Source of the DNA: an uncultured Rhodococcus sp.
GTDB lineage: Bacteria; Actinomycetota; Actinomycetes; Mycobacteriales; Mycobacteriaceae
Assembly: GCA_963517305.1 (NCBI GenBank)
Contig: CAUQEL010000008.1
Coordinates: forward strand, 36,145-100,144
Direction of reading: 5' to 3'
Length of the DNA: 64,000 nt
A program made the translations under genes and the position numbers. The notes below the pieces were generated by a model, which was not told the origin of the DNA, did no database searches, and saw nothing but the letters and a program-made list of their open reading frames with translations. Position 1 is the first letter of the stretch, and each line of letters starts with the position of its first letter. Below, piece after piece: positions 31,454 to 40,710 of this stretch.

Positions 31454-32716
31454 CTAAGACGCTGCCGTCACCGCAATCCCCTCGCGGATCAGTCTGCGCG
31501 CAACCACCAGCGCATCGTCGGTGTCGAGGCCCGGCATCGAGTCGAGGCGGCACGAAGCGCCCTTCGTCAAGCTCTCGATCGCGTCGGCGCACTGAGACGG
31601 CAACGTGACCGTTTTGTTCCGAAGCACCATCGAGACGCCGTCCTTCGTGTGCGTGATCCGCGCGAAGATGCCGGGCCGCAACCGAATCGAATTCTCGCCC
31701 CGAAGCGCACCCATCGTGGCGACGCTCGCCAGCGGGCGCACCGGTTCCGGTCGGACGAGGTCGTGGTGACGATCTGCGACGCGTTCGGCGAGTCGACGTA
31801 CTGCGTCGGGGTCTCGGTCGATGTCGTCGAGCGCGGCGCGCATGACGTCCACAACTCGGTGTACATGCGCAACGATGGACTCCGGGTCCGAGTGGTCGAG
31901 GCCGGCGGGGAGGGGAGCACGCAGACTCTCGACGTCGCCGAGCGACTTCAGCACATGGTGCGCGAGGTCGTAGTCGTTGTACGACGCGACGCCGATGGTC
32001 AAGTGCACGGTGGTGTCGCCGAGCGCTTGCGCCGAATGGATCCACCCACGCGGCAGGTAAAGCACATCGCCGGGCTCGAGGACGATGTCCAGTTCGGGAG
32101 TGTCCGATGCGTGATCCTCGACGGCCGACCGTCGATCCGACCACGGTTGATTGTTGAGCGGATGCACGTGCACCGGCGAGTGAATGCTCCACCGCTTGGT
32201 ACCCGCGATCTGCACGACGAACACATCGTGCACATCGTAGTGCGGTGAAAAGCCTTGGGACGCAGCTGGTGTGACGTAGGAATTCACCTGCACTGGATGG
32301 CCCAGCTCACGAACGAGATCGCCGACGAAGTGAATGAGCGGTGGCCAGAGTCGATGCAGGCCTTGCAGTACCAGCGTATTTCCGGCCGCGAAGGCTGCCA
32401 GCACCGCTGCGGAGTCGACCTGGTCCGTCACCTCGGCACCGAATCCGCCGGACGCCGTGAACTGCGACTTGTCCAGCAATCGACCGTCTTTGGCCATCCG
32501 CACGAACGGAGTGCGGACTCCGCGTTCGGATATCAGCTCGTCGACCGCATCGAGCGTCATCAGATCGTCGAACGAGTCCGACAGATCGGCTGATCTGGTC
32601 ACCTTGGGAGCAACGCCCCAGAACCGATCTGCGAAGGTCCCGAGGTCGATACCGGTCAGACGACGGAGCGCGGACCGGTTTCCCGGTCCGCGCTCGCCGC
32701 TCGGCTCAGTGCTCAA
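31454..32716 (-). CDS. JmjC/cupin 2-oxoglutarate Fe(II) oxygenase, NO66/MINA/YcfD (ROX)-like
   Basis: NSYVTP...GFSPHYDVHDVFVVQIAGTKRW and LEPGDVLYLPRGWIHSA give the HxD...H triad; C-terminal winged-helix-like region; TTG start overlaps the upstream stop (TTGA). Confidence 0.88.
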   Translation of the reverse strand: MSTEPSGERGPGNRSALRRLTGIDLGTFADRFWGVAPKVTRSADLSDSFDDLMTLDAVDELISERGVRTPFVRMAKDGRLLDKSQFTASGGFGAEVTDQVDSAAVLAAFAAGNTLVLQGLHRLWPPLIHFVGDLVRELGHPVQVNSYVTPAASQGFSPHYDVHDVFVVQIAGTKRWSIHSPVHVHPLNNQPWSDRRSAVEDHASDTPELDIVLEPGDVLYLPRGWIHSAQALGDTTVHLTIGVASYNDYDLAHHVLKSLGDVESLRAPLPAGLDHSDPESIVAHVHRVVDVMRAALDDIDRDPDAVRRLAERVADRHHDLVRPEPVRPLASVATMGALRGENSIRLRPGIFARITHTKDGVSMVLRNKTVTLPSQCADAIESLTKGASCRLDSMPGLDTDDALVVARRLIREGIAVTAAS

Positions 32717-32970
32717 GCGGTACCGTCCGCACCGCCGTCGTGTCCGTTGGGGTTGGATCCGCCATCGGCCGGGCCCTCGCCCGCTCCGGCGGGGCCGTCT
32801 GCTCCGCCGTCGTGACCGTCGGGGTTGGATCCGCCGTCGGCAGGCCCTTCACCGGCTCCGGCGGGGCCGTCTGCTCCGCCGTCATGACCACCGGGGTTCG
32901 ATCCGCCGTCAGCGGGTCCTTCACCTGCGGCTCCGCCCGTGGTGGTGATGTCGTCGTCGTTGATGCTCAT
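32713..32970 (-). CDS. 85-aa Gly/Asp-rich tandem-repeat peptide (putative precursor or substrate of the JmjC enzyme)
   Basis: ATG 32970 after GGAAGGA; MSINDDDITTTGGA followed by 3x AGEGPADGGSNPxGHDGGADG(PAG/TA); synonymous differences between repeats preserve this frame. Confidence 0.8.
   Translation of the reverse strand: MSINDDDITTTGGAAGEGPADGGSNPGGHDGGADGPAGAGEGPADGGSNPDGHDGGADGPAGAGEGPADGGSNPNGHDGGADGTA
32716..32928 (-). repeat. 72-bp coding tandem repeat, 3 copies
   Basis: Units 32928-32857, 32856-32785 and 32784-32716 (last one codon shorter). Confidence 0.9.
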
Positions 32971-33073
32971 CGAAGTCCTTCCGGTCGTGGAGGTTCGTGT
33001 GCCCGCGCAGCGCGAGAACATCGGAGGTATTGACGCAAACTCTGTTTCTCAAACAGCGATGGTGCCGTGAATC

Positions 33074-33232
33074 TCAGGCAGAGTCGTCGGCGATCTCGGG
33101 CGCGTTCTCCCGCGTCGCCATCCCGCCTGCGCCGCCGCCGTCCACTGGGCCTGGTCGGCCGCCCTTCGGCGTGTCCGATGCCTTCTCGGACTCTGTCGGG
33201 TTCTCGTTGTCGGTGTTCTTCTCACGTCCCAT
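33074..33232 (-). CDS. Small hydrophilic hypothetical peptide (52 aa)
   Basis: MGREKNTDNENPTESEKASDTPKGGRPGPVDGGGAGGMATRENAPEIADDSA fills the gap between the repeat gene and idi; no clear RBS, possibly leaderless. Confidence 0.5.
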   Translation of the reverse strand: MGREKNTDNENPTESEKASDTPKGGRPGPVDGGGAGGMATRENAPEIADDSA

Positions 33233-33276
33233 GGTTCGACAGTAGACCGCCGCGCAGGCCGTGGGACCATGGAACG

Positions 33277-33885
33277 ATGGATCGATCCCGAGCGCAGCAC
33301 GTGGTGCTGCTCGACGACGAAGGCCGTGCCGTCGGCACGCACGACAAGACCACAGTCCACACGCTGGACACGCCACTCCACCTGGCATTTTCCAGCTACG
33401 TGGTGAGATCGGACGGCGCTGTTCTTCTCACCCGCAGAGCGTCGAGCAAGACGACGTGGCCAGGGGTGCTGACCAATACGTGTTGTGGTCACCCGGCTCC
33501 CGGTGAGAAGCTCGACGACGCCGTGCTGCGACGAATCGGTGAAGAACTCGGCCTGCGTGCGGAATCCGCCGAGTTGGTACTGCCGCACTTCCGATACCGG
33601 GCCGTCATGGACAACGGAATCGTGGAGAACGAGATTTGTCCCGTGTACCGCGTGAGAGTCGACGAGCACGCGACACTCGATCCTGATCCGGCCGAGGTGG
33701 ACGAGACTCGATGGGTCTCGTGGCGTGAGTTCTCTGCGGGGGTGCTGGGCGGCACCATCGACGTATCGCCCTGGTGCCGAACGCAGGTGGAGCAGTTGAC
33801 CGCTCTGGCCGACGAGCCCCTCGGCTGGCCGGCGTCGCCGGACGATCTGCTCCCTCCCGCAGCCCGGCCTGCCGATACCCGCTGA
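33277..33885 (+). CDS. idi: Isopentenyl-diphosphate delta-isomerase type 1
   Basis: VVLLDDEG, TPLHLAFS, KTTWPGVLTNTCCGHP, ENEICPVY, SPW. Confidence 0.93.
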   Translation: MDRSRAQHVVLLDDEGRAVGTHDKTTVHTLDTPLHLAFSSYVVRSDGAVLLTRRASSKTTWPGVLTNTCCGHPAPGEKLDDAVLRRIGEELGLRAESAELVLPHFRYRAVMDNGIVENEICPVYRVRVDEHATLDPDPAEVDETRWVSWREFSAGVLGGTIDVSPWCRTQVEQLTALADEPLGWPASPDDLLPPAARPADTR

Positions 33886-33912
33886 TCTCGCCGGGCCTCT
33901 AGGGTTCGTACC

Positions 33913-34548
33913 GTGACTGTCGACGATTCCGGTGGGCCGAACGAGGACCTGCTCGATCGGGCTTCCGTCGCGCGCGAACTCACCCGCTTCTCCTACCGCA
34001 CCGCTGAATCCGATGGACTGCGCGCCGCTGCCGTCGCCGTTGCGGTCGGTGGACCGCCGGGGGACAGGCGCATGCTCCTGACGAGAAGGCCGGACCGGTT
34101 GCGCGCGCATCCGGGCCAGTACGCGTTGCCCGGCGGCGGCGTGGACCCGGGCGAATCCAGGATGCAGGCCTGTCTACGGGAACTGGCCGAGGAGTTGGGG
34201 ATTCGAGCCGATGAGGCCGACGTGCTCGGGAGGTTGGACGACTACGTCACTCGATCCGGGTATGTCATCACTCCGTTCGTGGTGTGGGTGGGCGACTACT
34301 CGTCCTCGTTGCTACCCAGCGAGGACGAGGTGGCCGAAGTGTTCGAGGTGTCGGTCGACGAACTCGACGTCGACGCGCAATTCGTGTCGATCCCCGAATC
34401 GACGCGTCCGGTCATTCGGTGGCCGTACCGAACCGGGGCCATCCATGCTCCGACCGGCGCGATCGTCCACCAGTTTCGTGAAGTGGCACTGCACGGTCGA
34501 CACACCCGAGTCGCGGACTTCGAGCAGCCGGTGTTCGCGTGGCGCTAA
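33913..34548 (+). CDS. Nudix hydrolase, CoA pyrophosphatase-like
   Basis: LLTRR...LRAHPGQYALPGG followed by Nudix box GES...ACLRELAEELG. Confidence 0.88.
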   Translation: MTVDDSGGPNEDLLDRASVARELTRFSYRTAESDGLRAAAVAVAVGGPPGDRRMLLTRRPDRLRAHPGQYALPGGGVDPGESRMQACLRELAEELGIRADEADVLGRLDDYVTRSGYVITPFVVWVGDYSSSLLPSEDEVAEVFEVSVDELDVDAQFVSIPESTRPVIRWPYRTGAIHAPTGAIVHQFREVALHGRHTRVADFEQPVFAWR

Positions 34549-34609
34549 CGTGGCCGCAGGCCCGCGTGGGCAGACCGCGAGGAGCAGGACGACAAGGAGG
34601 TGATCGCCG

Positions 34610-35212
34610 ATGACGAACAACCGTGAGCTCGAGGTATCGGATCGCATCGCGACCATTCCCAACCTGCTCAGCGCGATCCGGCTGCTGGGCGTTCCGCTGT
34701 TCCTCTACCTCATGCTGGGCCCCGAGGCCGATGGCTGGGCGTTGGTGATACTGCTCGTCAGCGGTGGAACCGATTGGCTCGACGGCAAACTGGCCCGCAT
34801 GCTCGGTCAGGCATCGAAGCTGGGTGCCATTCTCGATCCGCTGGTCGATCGGCTTTACGTCGTCAGCACCCTGGTGGCGTTCGTACTGCGCGGGATCATT
34901 CCCTGGTGGGTTGCAGCGATACTCATCGGGCGCGACGCCGTACTCGGATTGACGATGTTCGTCTACCGCCGCAGGTCCCTCCCGCCTCCGGACGTCATCT
35001 ATCTCGGCAAGGCCGCCACATTCGTGGTGATGATCGCGCTGCCGGTCCTCCTGATCTCCGCCGGTAGCAATTCGGTGGCCGACGCCGCAGGACCGCTCGG
35101 ATACGCGTTGCTGATCTGGGGCACGGCGTTGTACACCTGGACCGGTCTGCTGTACCTCGGCAAAGCGATCGCTGTCGCCAGGGCAGTCGATCCGACAGTG
35201 GCCGGCACCTGA
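34610..35212 (+). CDS. pgsA2: CDP-alcohol phosphatidyltransferase
   Basis: TIPNLLS, TDWLDGKLAR...GAILDPLVD; synteny with DUF881-sbp-gcvH. Confidence 0.88.
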   Translation: MTNNRELEVSDRIATIPNLLSAIRLLGVPLFLYLMLGPEADGWALVILLVSGGTDWLDGKLARMLGQASKLGAILDPLVDRLYVVSTLVAFVLRGIIPWWVAAILIGRDAVLGLTMFVYRRRSLPPPDVIYLGKAATFVVMIALPVLLISAGSNSVADAAGPLGYALLIWGTALYTWTGLLYLGKAIAVARAVDPTVAGT

Positions 35213-35214
35213 CT

Positions 35215-36102
35215 GTGGAGCCTGGGGAACGACCGAGACGACCGGAACGACCAGGAACACCGGTCAGGCGAAATCCCGTCCCGTCGTTGTTGACGTCGTT
35301 GTCGACCGATCATCTGGACCCGGGGTACGGCGCAGCGGCCGCCGAACGCACGGCGCAGCACACCCGCAAGCGACGGGTTCCTGCGGCGCTCTGGCTGTTG
35401 GGCGGCGCTGTCGTCGTCGGGGTCATCTTCGGTATCGCGTTCTCGCAACTGGCGGCCGGCGGCGCCGATGTGGACCGCGCGGGCTCGGATGCGTCGGCTG
35501 CTGTCCGCGCCGCACAGGATCGCAGCGTGGAATTGGAAGCGACGCAACAGGCACTGGCCGAGCAGGTGTCCGCGGAGCGCGACAGAGCGCTCCAGTCCGA
35601 TGTCTCCGGCAGTGCTCTGCTGAACCGGTTGAGTGCTGTCGAATCCGCTGCGGGCATCGATTCGGTATCGGGTCCTGGGCTTTCGGTCGTCGTCACCGAA
35701 CCGGTGGCCGAGGACGATACGTCGGATCGGTCGGTTCGCCGGGGTTCGGGCGCAGCCGTGCTCGATCGAGACATTGCTGCGATTGTGAATTCGTTGTGGG
35801 CCAGCGGTGCGGAGGCGGTGTCGGTGGACGGTATTCGAGTCGGACCGAACGTGACCATCCGGCAGGCAGGCGGGGCGATGCTACTGGACAATCGCCCTAT
35901 CGACTCGCCGTACGAGATCGACGCGATCGGGCCGCCGCAGCGCATTCAGGTCCAGTTCGTCGTCAGCGACGCCTATCTGCGGATGAGCACCGTGGCGCAG
36001 TTGTACGGCGTCGGATTCACGGTGCGTCCGGCGACCGATCTCGAATTCGGACCAGCAGCTGTGAGAGAGTCGTTCGAGGCAGAGGAGGCAGGCCCACGAT
36101 GA
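35215..36102 (+). CDS. DUF881 domain protein
   Basis: TM plus coiled coil, GPGLSV, VLDRDIAAIVNSLWASGAEAVSVDG.R, IRQAGG. Confidence 0.87.
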   Translation: MEPGERPRRPERPGTPVRRNPVPSLLTSLSTDHLDPGYGAAAAERTAQHTRKRRVPAALWLLGGAVVVGVIFGIAFSQLAAGGADVDRAGSDASAAVRAAQDRSVELEATQQALAEQVSAERDRALQSDVSGSALLNRLSAVESAAGIDSVSGPGLSVVVTEPVAEDDTSDRSVRRGSGAAVLDRDIAAIVNSLWASGAEAVSVDGIRVGPNVTIRQAGGAMLLDNRPIDSPYEIDAIGPPQRIQVQFVVSDAYLRMSTVAQLYGVGFTVRPATDLEFGPAAVRESFEAEEAGPR

Positions 36103-36527
36103 CGGAGCACGATCCACCGAGTTCCCTACCGGCCGAGTCCGACGTCCAGGTGCCGGCAGCCGCCCCGATCACCCCCACCCACGGTGCCTACGCCCTCGCC
36201 GCCATCGCCGCACTGATCGTCGGGGTCGTCATCGGGACGGTCGCGGGTCCTCAGGTTCCCGCCGCGGTTGCGCCCTATCTGCCGATCGCCGTCGTGGCAG
36301 CGATCGACGCGGTGTTCGGCGGTGTACGGGCTTTTCTCGACGGAATCTTCGACGCCAAGGTGTTCGTGATCTCGTTCGTCTTCAACGTCCTGGTCGCGGC
36401 CTTGATCGTGTGGCTCGGCGACCAGCTCGGGGTGGGTACTCAGCTGTCCACGGCCATCGTCGTCGTCCTCGGTATTCGTATCTTCGGCAACGCCGCCGCT
36501 CTGCGCAGACGTCTGTTCGGTGCGTAG
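36099..36527 (+). CDS. Small basic protein family (Sbp/DUF1290)
   Basis: PYLPIAVVAAIDAVFGG...FDAKVFVISF...LGIRIFGNAAALRR; ATGA overlap. Confidence 0.88.
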   Translation: MTEHDPPSSLPAESDVQVPAAAPITPTHGAYALAAIAALIVGVVIGTVAGPQVPAAVAPYLPIAVVAAIDAVFGGVRAFLDGIFDAKVFVISFVFNVLVAALIVWLGDQLGVGTQLSTAIVVVLGIRIFGNAAALRRRLFGA

Positions 36528-36530
36528 GTC

Positions 36531-37280
36531 GTGACGGCAGGCGGCGGTAGACACGGCTGGCGCGCACGACGTCCCGACGCAGAGGGACGAAGGCGCGGAG
36601 CAGCATTCGGCGTCCTCGCGCTTGCGCTGCTGTGCGTCCTGGGAATCGGCCTGGCCACCCAGGTACGAGAGACGAGCACCGCCGATGGTCTGGAGAATTC
36701 CCGGCCCGAGGACCTGTTGGTCGTGCTGGACACCCTGACTCGACGCGAGGCGTCGATCAGGGACGAGATCAGCACCTTGCAGGCCACTCTGGCGACGCTG
36801 CGCCAGTCCGGTTCGGGATCGGAGGCGGCAGTGGCGGAAGCGCAGGAACGACTGTCCGCGTTGTCGATTCAAGTCGGCACCGTCGCGGCTCAGGGGCCGG
36901 GCGTGACATTGGTGATCGAGGACCCGAACTCGGGCGTGGGGTCCGAGGTGCTGCTCGACGCCATGCAGGAGTTGCGCGCCGCCGGTGCCGAAGCGATGCA
37001 GCTCGAGGGCGGCGGAAATGCCGCCCGCATCGGTGTCGATTCGTGGATCGCCGGTGCCGCGGGTCGGGTGGTGGTCGACGGTCGAGAACTGCGAGCCCCG
37101 TACACCTTCACTGCCATCGGAGACCCGCCGACGCTCGCGTCGGCTCTGAACATTCCCGGCGGGGTCGTCGACACGGTCACTCGCAACGGTGCTACCTCGA
37201 ACATCGCGCAGTCGGACCAGGTCACGGTGTCCGCCTTGCGGGATCCGCGCCCGCGTCAATACGCTCAGCCCGGTAACTGA
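36531..37280 (+). CDS. DUF881 domain protein
   Basis: GPGVTL, QELRAAGAEA, AIGDPPTLASALNIPGG. Confidence 0.87.
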   Translation: MTAGGGRHGWRARRPDAEGRRRGAAFGVLALALLCVLGIGLATQVRETSTADGLENSRPEDLLVVLDTLTRREASIRDEISTLQATLATLRQSGSGSEAAVAEAQERLSALSIQVGTVAAQGPGVTLVIEDPNSGVGSEVLLDAMQELRAAGAEAMQLEGGGNAARIGVDSWIAGAAGRVVVDGRELRAPYTFTAIGDPPTLASALNIPGGVVDTVTRNGATSNIAQSDQVTVSALRDPRPRQYAQPGN

Positions 37281-37321
37281 CCGCCCGCTCTCCTCGGGCC
37301 ACGATCGAAGGGAATGCCGCG

Positions 37322-37726
37322 TTGAGCGACATCGACACACCAGCTGATCTGTACTACACCCCCGAGCACGAGTGGGTGCAGCGCACGGGGCCTGCAACGG
37401 TGCGCATCGGTATCACCGATTTCGCGCAGGCGCAGTTGGGCGACGTGGTGTTCGTTCAGCTTCCCTCGATCGGCGACACCGTCACTGCTGGCGAGTCTCT
37501 CGGCGAGGTCGAATCCACCAAGAGCGTGTCCGACGTGTTCAGCCCGCTGACCGCGAAAGTGGTTGCCGTGAACGAGGATCTGGACGGCGAACCGGAGAAG
37601 GTGAACTCGGGGCCGTACACCGGAGGCTGGCTGATCGACCTCGAGATTTCGACATCGGAGGAGTTGGACGCGGCACTGGCGCAGATGCTCGATGCGGCCG
37701 GATATGCTCTCATCACGGCCGAGTGA
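37322..37726 (+). CDS. gcvH: Glycine cleavage system H protein
   Basis: EHEWV, IGITDFAQAQLGDVVFV, lipoyl-Lys motif EVESTKSVS, VNSGPYTGGWL. Confidence 0.95.
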   Translation: MSDIDTPADLYYTPEHEWVQRTGPATVRIGITDFAQAQLGDVVFVQLPSIGDTVTAGESLGEVESTKSVSDVFSPLTAKVVAVNEDLDGEPEKVNSGPYTGGWLIDLEISTSEELDAALAQMLDAAGYALITAE

Positions 37727-37939
37727 TCGGCCGGCTGTCGACACCAGCCAACAGGCCACACGGTCCCCACTGCGCAGGGTACGGTCGACACCGAGCGAAT
37801 ACCCTGTCGGGGCGAAGGTCCAGCAAGCTGTACGACGCTACGCAACACCGAACGCCAAGCAACACCTGATGTGAAGACCATGTACTGCGTTACCCGTGGC
37901 GTTCTCTGCCCCGGGTGAACGGACTGAGAAGGAGTAACG

Positions 37940-38437
37940 GTGAGCCAGAACGACAACGACAGCAACTACGGGGAGTCACCGGCAGAGACCACCTCGGTCT
38001 TCCGTGCAGATTTCCTGCAGGAGCTGGACAACTCCGCGGCCGCCCAGAGCACCGAAGCTCCGGTATCGGGTGTCGAGGGTTTGCCTGTCGGTGCCGCGCT
38101 GCTCGTCGTCAAGCGAGGACCCAACGCCGGATCGCGGTTTCTGCTCGACCAGCCGACCACCTCGGCCGGTCGGCACCCCGACAGTGACATCTTCCTCGAC
38201 GATGTCACAGTCAGCCGTCGGCACGCCGAGTTCCGGCAGGACGAGGACGACTTCCAGGTCGTCGACGTCGGCAGCCTCAACGGCACGTACGTCAACCGCG
38301 AGCCGGTCGACTCCGCTGTGCTGGCCAACGGCGACGAGGTCCAGATCGGTAAGTTCCGGCTGGTGTTCCTCACCGGACCGCGGGGCGGCAACGGATCTCA
38401 GGTCGGCGACACGTCTGCGGGTGCAGGAAGCCAGTGA
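37940..38437 (+). CDS. garA: FHA-domain oxoglutarate dehydrogenase inhibitor GarA/OdhI
   Basis: ETTSVFRAD phosphorylation motif; FHA GRHPDSDIFLDDVTVSRRH, GSLNGTYVN. Confidence 0.95.
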   Translation: MSQNDNDSNYGESPAETTSVFRADFLQELDNSAAAQSTEAPVSGVEGLPVGAALLVVKRGPNAGSRFLLDQPTTSAGRHPDSDIFLDDVTVSRRHAEFRQDEDDFQVVDVGSLNGTYVNREPVDSAVLANGDEVQIGKFRLVFLTGPRGGNGSQVGDTSAGAGSQ

Positions 38438-39171
38438 CCGCCGTCGGGCAGCAGTCCAACGGGGGGATGTCGATTGGCTCCGTCCTCGATCGACTTCGGC
38501 CCGACTTTCCTGATGTCACCATCTCGAAGATCAGATTCCTCGAAGCCGAGGGGCTGATCTCGCCGGAGCGCACACCGTCGGGGTACCGACGGTTCTCCAT
38601 CGCGGACTGCGAGCGGCTGCGCTTCGTACTCACCGCGCAGCGCGATCAGTACCTTCCGCTCAAGGTGATCAAGGAACAACTCGAAGCCATCGACCATGGA
38701 GTAGCCACAGTGGAACGGGCCGATGCGTCGGTCAAGCGTCCGCGGTCGCTCACGGTTGCCGCGGGTGAGGTGTCTCCCGAGGAGTTCCTGCCCGATCGTG
38801 AGGTTCGCATCGCCAAAGCAGATCTGCTCGCTCAGGCGGGGATCGACGATGCATTTCTGACCGAGCTCTTGCGAGCCGGTTTGATCACTCCCGGGCAGGC
38901 CGGTTTCTACGACGACGGAGCCGTGACGCTCGCCCGAACGGCACACGCGATGTTGCAGTTCGGTCTCGAAGTACGGCACCTTCGCGCTTTCAAGCTCGCG
39001 GCGGACCGCGAAGCCGGCCTGGTTGCGCAGATAGCCGGACCGGTCGCCAAGGGGCGCGACGCCGGTGCTCGCGATCGCGCGGAAGAAATGATTCGCGAAT
39101 TGGCTGCACTGTCCTTGACACTGCACACCTGCCTGGTCAAAGCGGCGGTGCGCGGTGCACTCGACCGGTGA
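38434..39171 (+). CDS. MerR-family regulator (Rv1828/FtsR orthologue)
   Basis: MSIGSVL...DFPDVTISKIRFLEAEGLI.P.RTPSGYRRF; position after garA. Confidence 0.9.
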   Translation: MTAVGQQSNGGMSIGSVLDRLRPDFPDVTISKIRFLEAEGLISPERTPSGYRRFSIADCERLRFVLTAQRDQYLPLKVIKEQLEAIDHGVATVERADASVKRPRSLTVAAGEVSPEEFLPDREVRIAKADLLAQAGIDDAFLTELLRAGLITPGQAGFYDDGAVTLARTAHAMLQFGLEVRHLRAFKLAADREAGLVAQIAGPVAKGRDAGARDRAEEMIRELAALSLTLHTCLVKAAVRGALDR

Positions 39172-39270
39172 CGCTCACTCGCGTCGTTTCGAATTCCAAT
39201 AGACTCGGCAGCGACGAGCTGAGCCAGTATTCAGTGCAGCCCGGATTTCTCGAGGTGAGAGGTAGACACG

Positions 39271-39744
39271 ATGAGTGAGATGCGTGTGGTCGGTATTCGT
39301 GTCGAACAGCCGCAGAACCAGCCCGTGTTGCTGTTGCGCGAGGCCGACGGCGATCGGTACCTGCCGATCTGGATCGGTCAAACCGAGGCTGCTGCAATCG
39401 CTTTGGAGCAGCAAGGAGTGCAACCCGCCCGGCCACTCACCCACGATCTCGTCAAGAATTTGATCTCGGCACTGGGTCACCAGCTCAAAGAGGTACGCAT
39501 CGTCGATCTGCAGGAGGGCACCTTCTACGCCGATCTCGTGTTCGACAAGGACATCAGAGTCTCCGCTCGGCCGTCGGATTCGGTTGCCATCGCGCTTCGG
39601 GCCGGGGTGCCGATCTTCGCCGAAGAGCCCGTACTCGCCGAAGCCGGGTTGATCATGCCCGACGAGCGCGAGGACGAGGTCGAGAAGTTCAAGGAGTTCC
39701 TCGAATCGGTGTCTCCGGACGACTTCAAAGCCACCGACGGGTAA
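39271..39744 (+). CDS. Bifunctional nuclease family (DUF151) protein
   Basis: LPIWIG, RPLTHDL, GTFYA, SARPSDSVAIAL. Confidence 0.92.
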   Translation: MSEMRVVGIRVEQPQNQPVLLLREADGDRYLPIWIGQTEAAAIALEQQGVQPARPLTHDLVKNLISALGHQLKEVRIVDLQEGTFYADLVFDKDIRVSARPSDSVAIALRAGVPIFAEEPVLAEAGLIMPDEREDEVEKFKEFLESVSPDDFKATDG

Positions 39745-39752
39745 CGGAAGAG

Positions 39753-39776
39753 TCTCAACCTCAACTTTAGGTTCAG
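39753..39776. promoter_or_regulatory. Putative MerR-type operator
   Basis: AT-richer imperfect palindrome tctcAACCT-caacttt-AGGTTcag upstream of the second MerR gene. Confidence 0.5.
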
Positions 39777-40018
39777 GTTTACGGCGCGTTGCGTTGAATC
39801 TGCATGGCCGTCCCCATAACGTTCGTGCCAGTGAAGTTCATCGCCGCTGCTGGTCCGATCCGGTGCAGTTCACGCCTCTTCGACAGCTGTCGAGGCGTAC
39901 TCTGGCCTGGTACACGGTATGACTTCACGCGAGTACACCGAGGCATTTTCAGTGTCTCGGACGGATCGCAGTACTGACTCGATCCGAACGCAGTGAGACA
40001 TCCGAGAGGGAGCAGTCA

Positions 40019-40699
40019 GTGGGAGATCAGCCGCAGCAGCATCACGGCAGTCGAGAGTCCGCAGCCGCAGGCCGGACCGAGGACACGCCCGTCGGTGCCG
40101 ATGCTCGGGTCGACACCCCCGACCAGGCGTCGAGCGCCCGAACCGAAGCGCCCCAGGACATTCAACCGGGATTGTTCCCCGACGACTCCGTGCCCGACGA
40201 ACTCGTGGGCTACCGCGTGCCGAGTGCCTGCCAGATCGCCGGCATCACCTACCGCCAGCTCGATTACTGGGCCCGCACCGGGCTCGTCGTCCCGTCCATC
40301 CGCGGCGCAGCGGGGTCGGGAAGCCAGCGGCTGTACTCGTTCAAGGACATGCTCGTTCTCAAGATCGTCAAGCGGCTGCTCGATACCGGTATCTCGCTGC
40401 AGAACATCCGCGTCGCCGTCGATCACCTTCGCCAGCGCGGCGTGGGCGATCTCGCCAACATCACGCTGTTCTCCGACGGCACCACCGTCTACGAGTGCAC
40501 GTCGGCGGAGGAAGTGGTCGACCTGCTCCAAGGCGGGCAGGGTGTGTTCGGCATCGCCGTGAACGGCGCGATGCGCGAGCTCACCGGCACCATCGCCGAC
40601 TTCCCGGCCGAACGAGCCGACGGCGGTGAAAGCCAGTCGAGCCCCGAGGACGAGCTGGCCTCACGCCGCAAGAATCGCGCGAGCCGCAAGACCGGCTAG
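40019..40699 (+). CDS. MerR-family regulator (Rv1830 orthologue)
   Basis: [47 protein letters not shown]. Confidence 0.9.
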   Translation: MGDQPQQHHGSRESAAAGRTEDTPVGADARVDTPDQASSARTEAPQDIQPGLFPDDSVPDELVGYRVPSACQIAGITYRQLDYWARTGLVVPSIRGAAGSGSQRLYSFKDMLVLKIVKRLLDTGISLQNIRVAVDHLRQRGVGDLANITLFSDGTTVYECTSAEEVVDLLQGGQGVFGIAVNGAMRELTGTIADFPAERADGGESQSSPEDELASRRKNRASRKTG

Positions 40700-40710
40700 A
40701 CTTTCCTCGT

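Noticed and set aside
32716..32928. 72-bp repeats as CRISPR or non-coding VNTR
   Set aside because: No spacers; variation is largely synonymous in one frame, which has an RBS and a coupled stop.
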